Assembly (NCBI GenBank): GCA_040290255.1
Contig: PSMU01000003.1
Coordinates: forward strand, 90,437-154,436
From: Nitrososphaerota archaeon
Lineage (GTDB): Archaea > Thermoproteota > Nitrososphaeria > PSMU01
Length of the DNA: 64,000 nucleotides
Reading direction: 5' to 3'
Shown here: piece by piece, positions 53,876-63,330 of the stretch
How the letters are laid out: each line of letters opens with the position of its first letter
How positions within the stretch are numbered: position 1 is the stretch's first letter
The notes under the pieces: generated by a model
What the model saw: only the letters and a program-made list of their open reading frames with translations
Told to the model about the DNA's origin: nothing
Database searches by the model: none
Program-made: the position numbers and the translations under genes

Positions 53876-55411
53876 CTAGAAGATGAGCGTGAGCAGAGCC
53901 ACGGGAGCAAGCGCCAGCAGCGGGTAGCGCAGGTCCCTGATCGTCTGGCCCACGCCCTTGGAGAGGATGAGTCCCAGCGAGAGCGCCGCCTCCAGCGGCA
54001 CCAGCTTGGCCAGCTCGAGCAGCGAGCCGAACTCCGAGGCAGGCGCGGGGCCCCCCAGCAAGGAGGGCTGGGCCAAGATGGTGCCCAGCAGATGAATGGC
54101 GTAGAGCGAGAGCGCGGGCGTAAACATGGCGACGCCCAGCGAGGCGAGCGAGGTCCTCGTCAGGGCCCTCCGGGCCTCCAGGTACTTCAGCAGGAACCTC
54201 CTGATGCGGTCCACCTCCTCCAGTCCCCCTCCCTGCTCCGAGGCCAGCACGAGCGAGAAGAGCAGGAAGTTCACCAGCCGCGAGGGCGAACCGGTAAAGG
54301 CCTCCTCCCTAGAGGCCCCCGTCTCGAGCGCCCAGCGCAGCTTGAGCAGGAAGGGCGTGAGAGGGCCCCTGTCGTGGGCCACAAGCCTGGAGAGCGCGCT
54401 GAGCGGCGTCTCGCCCATCCTCAGCAGCTCCAGCAGCTCCTCCAGCAGCCTCAGCGCCTCCGCTTCAAGCCTCCTCAGCCTCCTGGCCCTGAGGAAGCTC
54501 CAGGGGGCGGCCAGCGCCAGCGAGGCGAAGAGCGAGAGCGAGAGCGCTTGGTGCAGCGGAAGCCCTGCCCAGAGGTACAGCGCAAATGCCAGCCCAGGCG
54601 CAGGCGCCAGCGCAAAGAGGGGCTTGGTGGGGTAGCTATCGCCCGCGCGCGCCTGCAGCAGCGAGGCGAGCGCCAAGAAGGCGGGCGTGAGGGCGGGGCT
54701 CAGCAGGAGGATGAGCAGGATCGTCGCATAGGCCAGCCCCAGGCTGTAGAGCAGGCCCAGAAGCACCGCGAGCGCGGGCGTCAGCGCCATCAGGACGGCC
54801 GCGAGCTCCACGAAGGAGCCCAGGCTCATGTAGCTCCTGGCCCACTCCTGCTCGAGCCTCGTGAGGTATACATCCAGATAGGTCCTCGCGTACTCATGCG
54901 GCGAGGAGCCCTTCTCGGCCACCGCTACGTAGCCCTCCACGTAGGCCTTCCAGGTGGGCTCGGGGTGATGCCTCGCGTACTCCAGCAGCGCGGCCAGGGG
55001 TCCCTTGCCCCGCAGCAGGGCCATGAGCGAGTACCTGAGCCCCTCCTCCCTCATGCCCGGCAACAGGGCCCTGGGAAGCGATGAGGCCAGCTCCAGCGCC
55101 CTGGGGAGCGCGAGCGCTCCGCGAAGCCCGAAGAGGCTGACCAAGAGGGCCATAAAGGGCAGCTCGCCCCTGAGCGCCCAGCGCCTCTTCGCGAGCACCG
55201 CCTGGAGCCTCAGCAGGGGCAGGAGCGCGAGGGCCAAGGGTAGGGCAGCGGCCAGCTTGAGGGGGCCGGGCAGCAGGAAGAAGGGGGGCGCGAGAAGGGC
55301 CAGCAGGGGCATGAGGCCATATATACGAGGGGGAGGGGCAAGGCCCGCCCTCTCCGCCATGCTTTCAATAGCCCTACGAAGCTCCTCCCAAGGGCGCACC
55401 CTAGCCCCCAA
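53876..55411 (-). CDS. Type IV pilus membrane platform protein (TadC/FlaJ-like, two T2SS-F domains)
   Basis: RGELPF.., ELLRMGETP..AL, two soluble domains each followed by TM clusters; pilus locus context. Confidence 0.8.
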   Translation of the reverse strand: MGARVRPWEELRRAIESMAERAGLAPPPRIYGLMPLLALLAPPFFLLPGPLKLAAALPLALALLPLLRLQAVLAKRRWALRGELPFMALLVSLFGLRGALALPRALELASSLPRALLPGMREEGLRYSLMALLRGKGPLAALLEYARHHPEPTWKAYVEGYVAVAEKGSSPHEYARTYLDVYLTRLEQEWARSYMSLGSFVELAAVLMALTPALAVLLGLLYSLGLAYATILLILLLSPALTPAFLALASLLQARAGDSYPTKPLFALAPAPGLAFALYLWAGLPLHQALSLSLFASLALAAPWSFLRARRLRRLEAEALRLLEELLELLRMGETPLSALSRLVAHDRGPLTPFLLKLRWALETGASREEAFTGSPSRLVNFLLFSLVLASEQGGGLEEVDRIRRFLLKYLEARRALTRTSLASLGVAMFTPALSLYAIHLLGTILAQPSLLGGPAPASEFGSLLELAKLVPLEAALSLGLILSKGVGQTIRDLRYPLLALAPVALLTLIF

Positions 55412-57890
55412 AGGAGTAAAGCGCCCAGGCGACCCTCGATGCGTTGGCCGGCAGCAGGAGCGAGGGGGAGGCCTGGGGCGGCAGGCCCTCGATCTGCCAG
55501 CCGTAGAAGGAGTAGGAGGGCACGAGGGGCGGCTGGGCTACGATGCTGAAGGCGGAGGACCAGGAGTACTCCAAGTAGGATGAGAGGTGCATGCCGGGCT
55601 CCACATAGGAATAGGGCGTGGCCTCCATTGGAAAGTACGAGAAGGATATGTTATCCAGCCAGAGCTGGGGCGTGCAGCCGGGCAGGCAGGTCACGAGCAC
55701 CATGATGGTGAGCCGATAGCTTGAAGGCGAGTAGCAATAGCCGGGCAGAAAGGAGGGGAGCGGGGCGGCCGGCGTGCGTATCCACGACGTCCAGCTCATG
55801 TTGTAGGGCTCGCTGGCCAAGGTGCTGCGGCCACACCCCCTGCCCGTCGCCTCATCGATGAGCCAGGCGGAGAGGTTCTGCACCCTGACGTTCATGCCCG
55901 GCGCGGTGCGGGCCCGGTAGAAGAGCTGCACCTCCAGCATGAAGGGCCAGTAAGGCGCGCTTATGCGCCTGGTAAGATAAAGCGTCATGGCCCAGCTGCC
56001 GGGCTGGGCCGTGCAGAGCCTGCTGGGAGGCGGAAGCCCCGAGCCGGCATCGTAGGCGCACCGGCCCGTATAGACTTGCTCCGTCCACCCGTCCAGCGTG
56101 TTGTCGAAGCCCGTCACGTGGGGCATGTAGGAGGTCTTGGCCAGCACGAAGCGCGGCCAGGGCACTAGGTAGGAGCTGATGCCATCGGTGCGGAGCAGGT
56201 GCGTTGTGTTCACGGGGCTCAGCAGGGCACCTCCCTCGCTCACGGGGGCAAGGGCCTCCAGCCGGTAGGGGCCCAAGTAAAGCAGGGGAGGGAAGACGCG
56301 GACGGTGAAGTTGGGGGCCCAGAGGGCCATGCCCAGCGAAGCGTCCAAAAGCTCCAGGGGCGAGAGGATGCTGACCTCGCTGCCTTTGGGCAAGGGCATC
56401 CAGGGATACCCGGGGTAAACGTCGGGCTTCCTGTAGACATAGCCATCGTCCGCCCCCCAATCGTAGCCCAGCCTCGGCGAGAAGAGCGTATAGCTGTGCA
56501 GCTGAGGAGGCACCACGACCCTCACCGCGCTCCTTCCATCCCAGCCCAGGCCGTGAAGGTCATAGGAGTAGGAGACGCTCGAATAGGCGGGAAGATCGTA
56601 AAGCGTGCCCGTGGCGGCCAGGGCCCCTTCGCCCTGAAGCGAGAGGGTTATCAGGAGATGGCGCGCCCCCGCCCTCAGGATGAGGGAGCCCGTGGCGGGA
56701 TACGCGGCCTCCAGCTCAAGCCCCTCGCCCTGAGGGGCCTCATAGATGAGCCTGTAGGAGCTCAGGGCCCGGTCCACCAGGTAGAGGAAGCCGCGCTCCT
56801 TTACCAGAAACGAGCGCCCGAAGGGCAGCAGCTGCACCTCGCCCATATAAAGCGGCGCGAGGGACTTGGCGTTGGCCAGGCGCAGCAGCGCGCCCGTCAT
56901 GGGCTCAAAGAGGGCCAGGAAGGTGGGATAGAGCTGGGGCGGCGCGCTGTAGTTGGCGCCATAAAGCACGAGGGGCGCCGAGAGGTTCTCCACGAGCGGC
57001 AGGGGCACCTGCGCGTAGGAGCAGGCGTGGCCGCCAGCGCCCCCGCCCCGAAGGTGAAGGTGAGGGGGGCTATAGGAATAGAGCCTGAGCTCGGCCCCAT
57101 GGCAGAGCGCGAAGTAATCGTTGGCCAGGGCAATTGGGCGGTCATAGGGGCCCAGGGCAAGGGAGGCGAGGGGCCTGCCCCCGAAATAGAGCAGCAGCCG
57201 GCCCCTGGCGCCCCAGACGTCGAAGCCCGAGAACGTGCGCATGCCCCAGGCCACGTCCGCTATATCCACGATGTAGCTGAGCTGCCCCGTCGCGTTGAAG
57301 GAGAGGCCCTTGCCGCCCAGGATCAGGAGCAGGGCGCCGTCGTCCTGTAGATAGGCCCAGCTCGGCTCGCCGGGCAGGTAGAGCGAGTAGAGCTGCGCGC
57401 CCGTGCTCATCTGGTAGAGCTGCGCGGCGCTGCCGATGAGCGCCACGTACTTGCCTCCCGGCGAGCGCAGGGGCTTTAGGGCGGGGCCGAGCAAGGGCGG
57501 CCCCTGCGCCCCCTGGCCGGGGAGATAGGTGAAGAGGTTGCCCAGCGAGGTCAGCACGGAGACCCTGCCGCCGGAATAGGGCAGCAGCGCGGAGCCCCCC
57601 GGAGGTATCGTGATGTTCACATCCTGCAGCCTAAGGGCGCCGCCGTCGTTCACCAGCAGCTTCACGATCCTGGCATCCCCTCCTCCCTCGTTGCGGACGA
57701 GCAGGTGGGGCGGCTGCAGATAGAGGCCCAGCCTCTCCTGCGCCCTCAGCGCGTTGAGGTAGGTGGCTTTCTCCCTGGCCCCCAGCAGCTCGCTGAGCGA
57801 GGAGCCCACATAGAGCAGGGCGCTGAAGGAGGCCAGGAGAAGCAGTATGGCCAGCGAGGCGGTGATGACGAAGCTGAGGCCGCTCCTCAA
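55401..57890 (-). CDS. Large pilin-like adhesin (829 aa)
   Basis: Class III-like N-terminus MRSG|LSFVITASLAILL, QERL...VRNEGG...VLTSLGNLF pilin domain, then beta-propeller-like and Cys/Trp-rich regions. Confidence 0.72.
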   Translation of the reverse strand: MRSGLSFVITASLAILLLLASFSALLYVGSSLSELLGAREKATYLNALRAQERLGLYLQPPHLLVRNEGGGDARIVKLLVNDGGALRLQDVNITIPPGGSALLPYSGGRVSVLTSLGNLFTYLPGQGAQGPPLLGPALKPLRSPGGKYVALIGSAAQLYQMSTGAQLYSLYLPGEPSWAYLQDDGALLLILGGKGLSFNATGQLSYIVDIADVAWGMRTFSGFDVWGARGRLLLYFGGRPLASLALGPYDRPIALANDYFALCHGAELRLYSYSPPHLHLRGGGAGGHACSYAQVPLPLVENLSAPLVLYGANYSAPPQLYPTFLALFEPMTGALLRLANAKSLAPLYMGEVQLLPFGRSFLVKERGFLYLVDRALSSYRLIYEAPQGEGLELEAAYPATGSLILRAGARHLLITLSLQGEGALAATGTLYDLPAYSSVSYSYDLHGLGWDGRSAVRVVVPPQLHSYTLFSPRLGYDWGADDGYVYRKPDVYPGYPWMPLPKGSEVSILSPLELLDASLGMALWAPNFTVRVFPPLLYLGPYRLEALAPVSEGGALLSPVNTTHLLRTDGISSYLVPWPRFVLAKTSYMPHVTGFDNTLDGWTEQVYTGRCAYDAGSGLPPPSRLCTAQPGSWAMTLYLTRRISAPYWPFMLEVQLFYRARTAPGMNVRVQNLSAWLIDEATGRGCGRSTLASEPYNMSWTSWIRTPAAPLPSFLPGYCYSPSSYRLTIMVLVTCLPGCTPQLWLDNISFSYFPMEATPYSYVEPGMHLSSYLEYSWSSAFSIVAQPPLVPSYSFYGWQIEGLPPQASPSLLLPANASRVAWALYSFGG

Positions 57891-58521
57891 GCCCGAGTGC
57901 GCTTATGTACCTTATTTAACCGCCCAGGAGGGCTTGTGGCTCGAGCTGCTGGCCGGTTCGGCGGTGCTCGCCTCCTTCGCGCTCGCCGCGTATGAGGACA
58001 TCAGGGAGAGGGAGGTGAGCGACCTGATCTGGGCGCCCGGCATCGTGGGCCTGGCCCTCCTGCTCCTGCTGAACCCCCTGCCCTATCGCCTCCCGCTGGC
58101 CCTTTTCCTAGGGGCGGCGGGGTACCTGGCGGCCCGGCTCGGCTATGTGGGCCAGGCCGATGCCATAGCGCTCCTTCTCTGGTCCTCGCTGGGCGGCGCG
58201 CTGGAGTTCATACTCGCCTCGCTGGGAGCCCTGGCGGGGCTGCTGGGCCACCTCGCGCTGCTCAAGCTGAGGGGCAGGCGCAGGGCGGCGATCATGCCCT
58301 TGGCCAGGGCCCTGAGCGAGAGGCACTGGCTCCCGAGGAGGGTGTTCGTGGAGGGGCGGTGGAGGGAGCTGCCCAGGGACGTCAACCGGCTCTGGGGCGA
58401 GCTGGAGCGCTACGACCCCTCCAGCGCCGTCGAGGTGGAGTTCGGCGTGCCCATGGTCGCCTACCTGGCCCTGGGCTATCTGCTCGCTTATGTAGGGGCG
58501 GCGCTGGGCCTAACGCGATGA
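57847..58521 (+). CDS. Prepilin peptidase (A24, PibD-like)
   Basis: EDIREREVSD, GQADAIAL, GVPMVAYL; real start probably ~57934. Confidence 0.85.
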   Translation: MASEAVMTKLRPLLKPECAYVPYLTAQEGLWLELLAGSAVLASFALAAYEDIREREVSDLIWAPGIVGLALLLLLNPLPYRLPLALFLGAAGYLAARLGYVGQADAIALLLWSSLGGALEFILASLGALAGLLGHLALLKLRGRRRAAIMPLARALSERHWLPRRVFVEGRWRELPRDVNRLWGELERYDPSSAVEVEFGVPMVAYLALGYLLAYVGAALGLTR

Positions 58522-59468
58522 GCATGCCCTCGAGCTGCGGCGCCTGCGGCACGCGCCCCGTAGCCTACAGGAGGCCATACTCCGGCCAGGCGCTCTGCGC
58601 CCACTGCTTCTCCAGGAGCATCGTGCACAAGGCCAAGGCGACCATAGACCGCTATAAGCTGTTCAGGGAGGGCGACAGAATTCTGGTCGCCGTTTCGGGG
58701 GGCAAGGATAGCCTCAGCCTGCTGCACGTGCTCGCCCAGCTCGTGCCCAGGCATGCCAGCGAGCTGATCGCCGTGACGATAGATGAGGGGATCCCGGGCT
58801 ATAGGGAGGAGAGCCTCCGGCACGCGAAGGAGGTCTGCGCGCGGCTGGGCATCCCCCATCAGGTTTACTCGTTGAAGCGGCTCTTCGGCACGAGCACGGA
58901 GGAGGTGGCCCGCATCCCTTCCGAGCGCAGGCCTCCCGCCTGCACCATCTGCGGCGTGCTGAGGAGGAGGGCGCTGGAGGTCGCTGCCAAGGAGCTGGGC
59001 GCTGATGTGATCGCCACCGCGCATAACCTGGATGACGTGGTGCAGACCTTCATGATTAACCTGCTCACCGGCAACCTCAGGAGGCTCAGGAAGCTGGACC
59101 CCGAGGCCGAGGAGCTGCCGGGCATCTTCGTCAGGAGGGCCAAGCCCTTCATGGAGATCTATGAAGAGGAGGTCGCCTTCTATGCCTACCTGAACGCCCT
59201 CCCGCTGCAGTCCGAGCGCTGCCCGCATGTGGCCGAGGGGCTCAGGGATAAGGTCAGGGCCTTCATCAACTCGCTGGAGCGGGAGAGCCCGGGCATCAAG
59301 TACGTGCTCTACAACTCGTTCATGGAGCTCTCGAGGCAGCTGCTGCTGGAGCCCGAGGGGCAAATAAGGAGCTGCAGGCTCTGCGGCGCGCCCACCTCTC
59401 GCGAGGTCTGCTCCGCCTGCAGGCTGCTGGGCTCCCTGGGCCTAGAGCTGGAGGGCAGGGGCGCATAA
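58518..59468 (+). CDS. ttuA: tRNA 2-thiolation protein TtuA/Ncs6 (TIGR00269 family)
   Basis: CGAC..LCAHCF, SGGKDS, DEGI.GYR, CTICGVLRR, TAHNLDD, CP, CRLC..CSAC. Confidence 0.9.
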   Translation: MSMPSSCGACGTRPVAYRRPYSGQALCAHCFSRSIVHKAKATIDRYKLFREGDRILVAVSGGKDSLSLLHVLAQLVPRHASELIAVTIDEGIPGYREESLRHAKEVCARLGIPHQVYSLKRLFGTSTEEVARIPSERRPPACTICGVLRRRALEVAAKELGADVIATAHNLDDVVQTFMINLLTGNLRRLRKLDPEAEELPGIFVRRAKPFMEIYEEEVAFYAYLNALPLQSERCPHVAEGLRDKVRAFINSLERESPGIKYVLYNSFMELSRQLLLEPEGQIRSCRLCGAPTSREVCSACRLLGSLGLELEGRGA

Positions 59469-59499
59469 CCATAAATAGGCGAGGGCGCCCCGAAGGTAA

Positions 59500-59819
59500 G
59501 GCGGCGGCGGGTAGGGCCGGGGAGCTAGCCGTTCCCCCTCGCCCGAAACCGGCTACATGCGGGGGCCAGTAACCGCCGGGGTAGGTGGGGACCCCCGTCC
59601 CACCCCAGAGGCCAACGGGATGCAGCCTCGCCGCAGGGGGGCCTCCGAGGGGAGGGGCCCCCGAAGGGGGGCTGACCTACCCCTAGCCGCCGAACCGGGT
59701 CAGGCCCGGGAGGGAGCAGCCCTAAGGCGGAGGGGCGCTTCACCTGCGCCCACGGGGCCGAGCCGCGCCCTGGGAATGGGCCGGGGGAAACCACGAATCC
59801 CGGCGGGGCCGCCGCCGCC
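59500..59819 (+). ncRNA. ffs: Archaeal SRP (7S) RNA
   Basis: Terminal helix GGCGGCGGCGG/CCGCCGCCGCC; helix 8 GGGTCAGGCCC-GGGA-GGGAGCAGCCC at ~59697-59722; Alu-like 5' domain; ATAAATA box at 59471. Confidence 0.93.
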
Positions 59820-59820
59820 C

Positions 59821-60531
59821 CTAGGCCCTGAGCTCCTGCCCTCCCAGCAGCTGCCTCTCGACCTCCTCGAGGCTCTTGAGGCTGTCGATGGAGGACCAGA
59901 AGCCGTAGTAGGGGTAGGCGGAGAGCTCGCCGTACTCCGTCAGGGCCGGGAAGGTGGTCCTCTCTATATCGCCCTTTTCGGGGAGGTAGGGCAGCAGCCT
60001 CCTCGCATCAAGCAGGTAGATGCCCCCGTTGACCCAGACGTCGGGAAAGACGGGCTTCTCCTCGAACTTCCTGACCATCCTGAGCTTGTCGATGCGCACG
60101 ATGCCATACGGCGACCGATAGGGCACCAGCAGCATCTGCGCGATCGTGGGCATGGCCTCATAGGCCTCCACCATCTTCCCGAGCGGCAGGTCGGTTATCA
60201 CGTCGCCGTTCATGGCCAGGCACCTCTCCTCGGGCCCGGGATTATAGGTGGAGAGCGCCCTCCTTATCGCGCCGCCCGTGCCCAGCAGCTCCTGCTCCAC
60301 GGAATAGGAGATCTTCAGCCCGCCATACTCCTCGCCCAGGTGCTCCTTGAGCTTCTCCCACCTGTACCCGCAGGCCATGATGACCTCATCGATGAGCTCG
60401 CTGTGCGCCAGCCAGTCCAGCTGGCGCTCCACGATGGGCCTTCCCGCCAGCTTGATCAGCGGCTTGGGGACCTCGTTCGTGAGGGGGCGCAGCCTGAGGC
60501 CCAGGCCCCCGGCCAGGATGATGGCCTTCAC
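59821..60531 (-). CDS. Sugar-phosphate nucleotidyltransferase family protein
   Basis: ILAGGLGLRLRPLT..PKPL, LGTGGA, NGDV, FEEKP, VNGGIY. Confidence 0.92.
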   Translation of the reverse strand: MKAIILAGGLGLRLRPLTNEVPKPLIKLAGRPIVERQLDWLAHSELIDEVIMACGYRWEKLKEHLGEEYGGLKISYSVEQELLGTGGAIRRALSTYNPGPEERCLAMNGDVITDLPLGKMVEAYEAMPTIAQMLLVPYRSPYGIVRIDKLRMVRKFEEKPVFPDVWVNGGIYLLDARRLLPYLPEKGDIERTTFPALTEYGELSAYPYYGFWSSIDSLKSLEEVERQLLGGQELRA

Positions 60532-60647
60532 GCAGCGGCGTCTTAGCTCGAAATTAAAACCTTTTGCCGGGCTGTAGGGCCTTGCTCGGGCCCCACCTTC
60601 ACGGCACGCGCCGGCAGCCAGGGCCCGCGAAGCGTATATGAGCAGCC

Positions 60648-61364
60648 CTAGGGCAGCGAGATGACCGGCCTTTCCAGGCCCAGGGCCATTACGTGCTCCT
60701 TCAAAGCCCTGATGACCTGCCCGTTTAGCTCGAGCGCCACGAGCGGCTTGGAGGTTATGCTGCCCTCCTCCAGGGCGACCACCCTTCCCAGCCTCCCCCC
60801 GGCCTCGCCGCTGAGCGTCAGCGCCAGGGCCCCCTCCTTCAGCGGCAGGAAGCGCTCGGGAACGTTATCGGGCAGCTTCAGCACGCAGGTGTCGCCCACC
60901 CTGGGCTGCTCCTTCTCGACCAGAAGGCTCTTGCCATCGTGAAGCGTGATCTGAAGCCTGCCGCCCTTCACGAGCCGCTTGGCCTTGATCCTGCAGGGCT
61001 TCAGCTTCGCCTCCTCCTCCGGGATCGGATGGGGGATGAGCGTGCCCTGCTTGGGCAGCAGCCTGTAGTGTGCGCCCAGCGAGGGTATCGAGATCACGTC
61101 CATCACCCCCACGGGAAAGCCGGGATCCCTCCTGACCCTCCCGTCCACGAGCACCTTGCCCTGCTTCAGGACGAGCTCGGCCTCCCTGCCCGTGCGCACG
61201 AGGCCCAAAAGGTCCCTGAGCAGCACCGCCAAGGAATAGGCCTCGCGCTTCGCATGAGGGCCGGGGCTGACGCTGAAGACGAAGGTGTGCCTCTTCCTGG
61301 GTATACGCCAGAAGGGAGGGGCGACCTCCCTCTTCGTCCTGGTATCGCCGCCCATCCTGGCCAC
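60648..61364 (-). CDS. rps4e: 30S ribosomal protein eS4
   Basis: WRIPRK..F..SPGPH, LRDLL, VLVDGRVRRD..FPVGVMDVI, QITLHDG. Confidence 0.96.
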   Translation of the reverse strand: MARMGGDTRTKREVAPPFWRIPRKRHTFVFSVSPGPHAKREAYSLAVLLRDLLGLVRTGREAELVLKQGKVLVDGRVRRDPGFPVGVMDVISIPSLGAHYRLLPKQGTLIPHPIPEEEAKLKPCRIKAKRLVKGGRLQITLHDGKSLLVEKEQPRVGDTCVLKLPDNVPERFLPLKEGALALTLSGEAGGRLGRVVALEEGSITSKPLVALELNGQVIRALKEHVMALGLERPVISLP

Positions 61365-62111
61365 CTAGGCCCTCACCTCCTCTACGCGCTTCCTGAGCTT
61401 CCCCCTGCCCGTCTTCCTGGGCGCGATGTTGCCGACCTTCTGGCCCGGCGGGGCCGTTCTGGGCACCGAGGAGGGATGGCTCACCTTCTGATGCCGGCCG
61501 CCGCCATGGGGATGGTACCAGGCTGACATGGCGACGCCCCTGACCAAGGGCCACTTCTTGCCCGCGCGCCTGTGCTTCCAATAGCTGGCCCCGGCCTTGA
61601 GCAGGGGCTTCTCCAGCCGCCCCGCGCCGGCCACCTGGCCCAGCATGGCCCTTGCCTGGCCCGATACGCGCACCATCCTGCCCGAGGGGAGCCTGAGCGT
61701 GACGTAGCTGATCCTGTTGCTGTAGACGAGCGCGCTGCTGCCCGCGGCCCTCGCGATCCTTCCGCCGTCGCCCGGCCTGAGCTCGACGTTACAGACCCTG
61801 CTTCCCTCGGGCACCTTTGCCAAGGGGAGCACGTTGCCCGGCGCCAAGGAAGCCTCAGGCCCCAGCTCCACCACCTGCCCCAGCTGCAGGCCGGCGGCCG
61901 CGGGCACATAGAAGCAGGAACCGCCCTCCAGCCTGATCCTGGCCAGGGGCGCGGGCCGAGCCCTCTCATGCACTATGTCCTCGACCCTGCCCTTGACCGT
62001 AATCTCCAGGGGGAGGGAGGGGAGCTTAGCGTCCGCTATCCTCCCCACCTTCGGCGCCCTGAAGGTGGGAGAGCCCCTCCCCCTCCTCCTGGTCAAGGGC
62101 CTCTTTCCCAT
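61365..62111 (-). CDS. rpl2: 50S ribosomal protein uL2
   Basis: MGKR...RRGRGSPTFRAP, ELRPGDGG.IARAAG, VRGVAM...HPHGGG, PPGQKVG. Confidence 0.97.
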   Translation of the reverse strand: MGKRPLTRRRGRGSPTFRAPKVGRIADAKLPSLPLEITVKGRVEDIVHERARPAPLARIRLEGGSCFYVPAAAGLQLGQVVELGPEASLAPGNVLPLAKVPEGSRVCNVELRPGDGGRIARAAGSSALVYSNRISYVTLRLPSGRMVRVSGQARAMLGQVAGAGRLEKPLLKAGASYWKHRRAGKKWPLVRGVAMSAWYHPHGGGRHQKVSHPSSVPRTAPPGQKVGNIAPRKTGRGKLRKRVEEVRA

Positions 62112-62120
62112 GCCAAAACA

Positions 62121-62957
62121 CTAGCTGGGCGCGCTAGCGAGCGCCCTGACTTTTAAGGCTTCCAGCGCCCTGCCGTTGAGCGAAGCGGGCAGGGCCTCGA
62201 GGGCGGAGCGCGTGAAGATGAGCAGGCGCCCCGGCCTCCCGCCCGGGGCAAGCGCCAGGAGGCTTAGCTTGCGCGCGGGCACATGCTCCAGGCCCGGCAC
62301 GTTTCTCACGGCCCTGGCTATGGTGCCATCCCCCTTCGTCACTATGAGCGGGCCCCTGGGCTCATAGTGCACCCTGCCCCTCCTCGCGGCCGTTCCGCTC
62401 CTCCTCTTCCTGCCCTCCCTGCAGCGCCTCAGCTCCTCATCAAGGCCCAGGGCCCTGAGGACCCTGATCACGTCGGAGGCCTTGCCCAGCTCCTCGAACT
62501 CATCCATGAGCACGAGAGGCACGCTCCTGGCCTCGGGGAGGCGATGGCCCCTGGCCTTTACCAGCTCGGCCCTCGCGCTCGCGGCCAGCGCTGAGGCCAG
62601 GGCCAACCTCCTCTCCTTCTCGTTGAGCCGCTTTCTTATGCGCTTCTCGGGCTTAGGCGGATGGGCCTGAGGCCCCTTGACGACGCTGGCCCTGCCGGCC
62701 GCCTGGCCGGCGCGGGTGTAGCCGCTGCCCTTTACCCTGGCTATCCTGGCGATGCCGAGGCCCGTGCCCCTGGATTCCGCGCTGGTCCTCCTCCCGGCCA
62801 GGGGATCCACGCCCTTGGGCTGCAGCACATGTGTGGCCTGAAGAAGGTAGGCCTTCTTGATCAGCCCGGGCAGGATGGGCGCCTGGAAGGCGCTCGGCAG
62901 CTCCACCTCGCCCTGCTTCTCTCCCTTTAGGTTGTAGAGGGGCACCAAGAGGGGCAT
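62121..62957 (-). CDS. rpl4: 50S ribosomal protein uL4
   Basis: AGRRTSAESRGTG.GIARIAR, AHPPK, LAPGGRPGRL. Confidence 0.97.
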   Translation of the reverse strand: MPLLVPLYNLKGEKQGEVELPSAFQAPILPGLIKKAYLLQATHVLQPKGVDPLAGRRTSAESRGTGLGIARIARVKGSGYTRAGQAAGRASVVKGPQAHPPKPEKRIRKRLNEKERRLALASALAASARAELVKARGHRLPEARSVPLVLMDEFEELGKASDVIRVLRALGLDEELRRCREGRKRRSGTAARRGRVHYEPRGPLIVTKGDGTIARAVRNVPGLEHVPARKLSLLALAPGGRPGRLLIFTRSALEALPASLNGRALEALKVRALASAPS

Positions 62958-62962
62958 CTCCT

Positions 62963-63298
62963 CTAGGCCTTGGCCATGAAGATGTAGTGCCCGCTATAGC
63001 CCCCGGCCACCTCGGCCAGGCCCTTGGCCACGAGGCTCCTGAGCAGCTGATTGGCCAGCGAGGCCTTTATGCCCAGGGCCCTGGCCAGGCCGTGCACCGT
63101 GAGCGCCCTCTGCTCCTGAAGGGCCTTCAGCGCCAGGCTCTCGTTGAGCTTGGTCACGGCCACCGTGGAGTCCAGCTTGGGCTTCTGGGCCTGCTGGGCC
63201 CCCTTCTGCTTGGCCGCCTTGGAGCCCTCCTTCTCCTGAAGCCTCTTCTGCATCCTCTCCATCGCGCTCAGCGACTTCTTCTTAGTGCCTCCTCCCAC
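62963..63298 (-). CDS. rps25e: 30S ribosomal protein eS25
   Basis: MGG.KKKSLS..E, ALT...LA...GIKASLA..LLR.L..KG winged helix. Confidence 0.85.
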   Translation of the reverse strand: MGGGTKKKSLSAMERMQKRLQEKEGSKAAKQKGAQQAQKPKLDSTVAVTKLNESLALKALQEQRALTVHGLARALGIKASLANQLLRSLVAKGLAEVAGGYSGHYIFMAKA

Positions 63299-63330
63299 TT
63301 CAGAGCACCGGCCTCTTCAGGGGAGAGCGC

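Noticed and set aside
51588-57890. Archaellum operon
   Set aside because: No FlaH, FlaF or FlaG, and no archaellin-type sequences; it fits a type IV pilus.
59525-60546. ORFs overlapping the SRP RNA and antisense to the nucleotidyltransferase
   Set aside because: Explained by the SRP RNA and the - strand gene.
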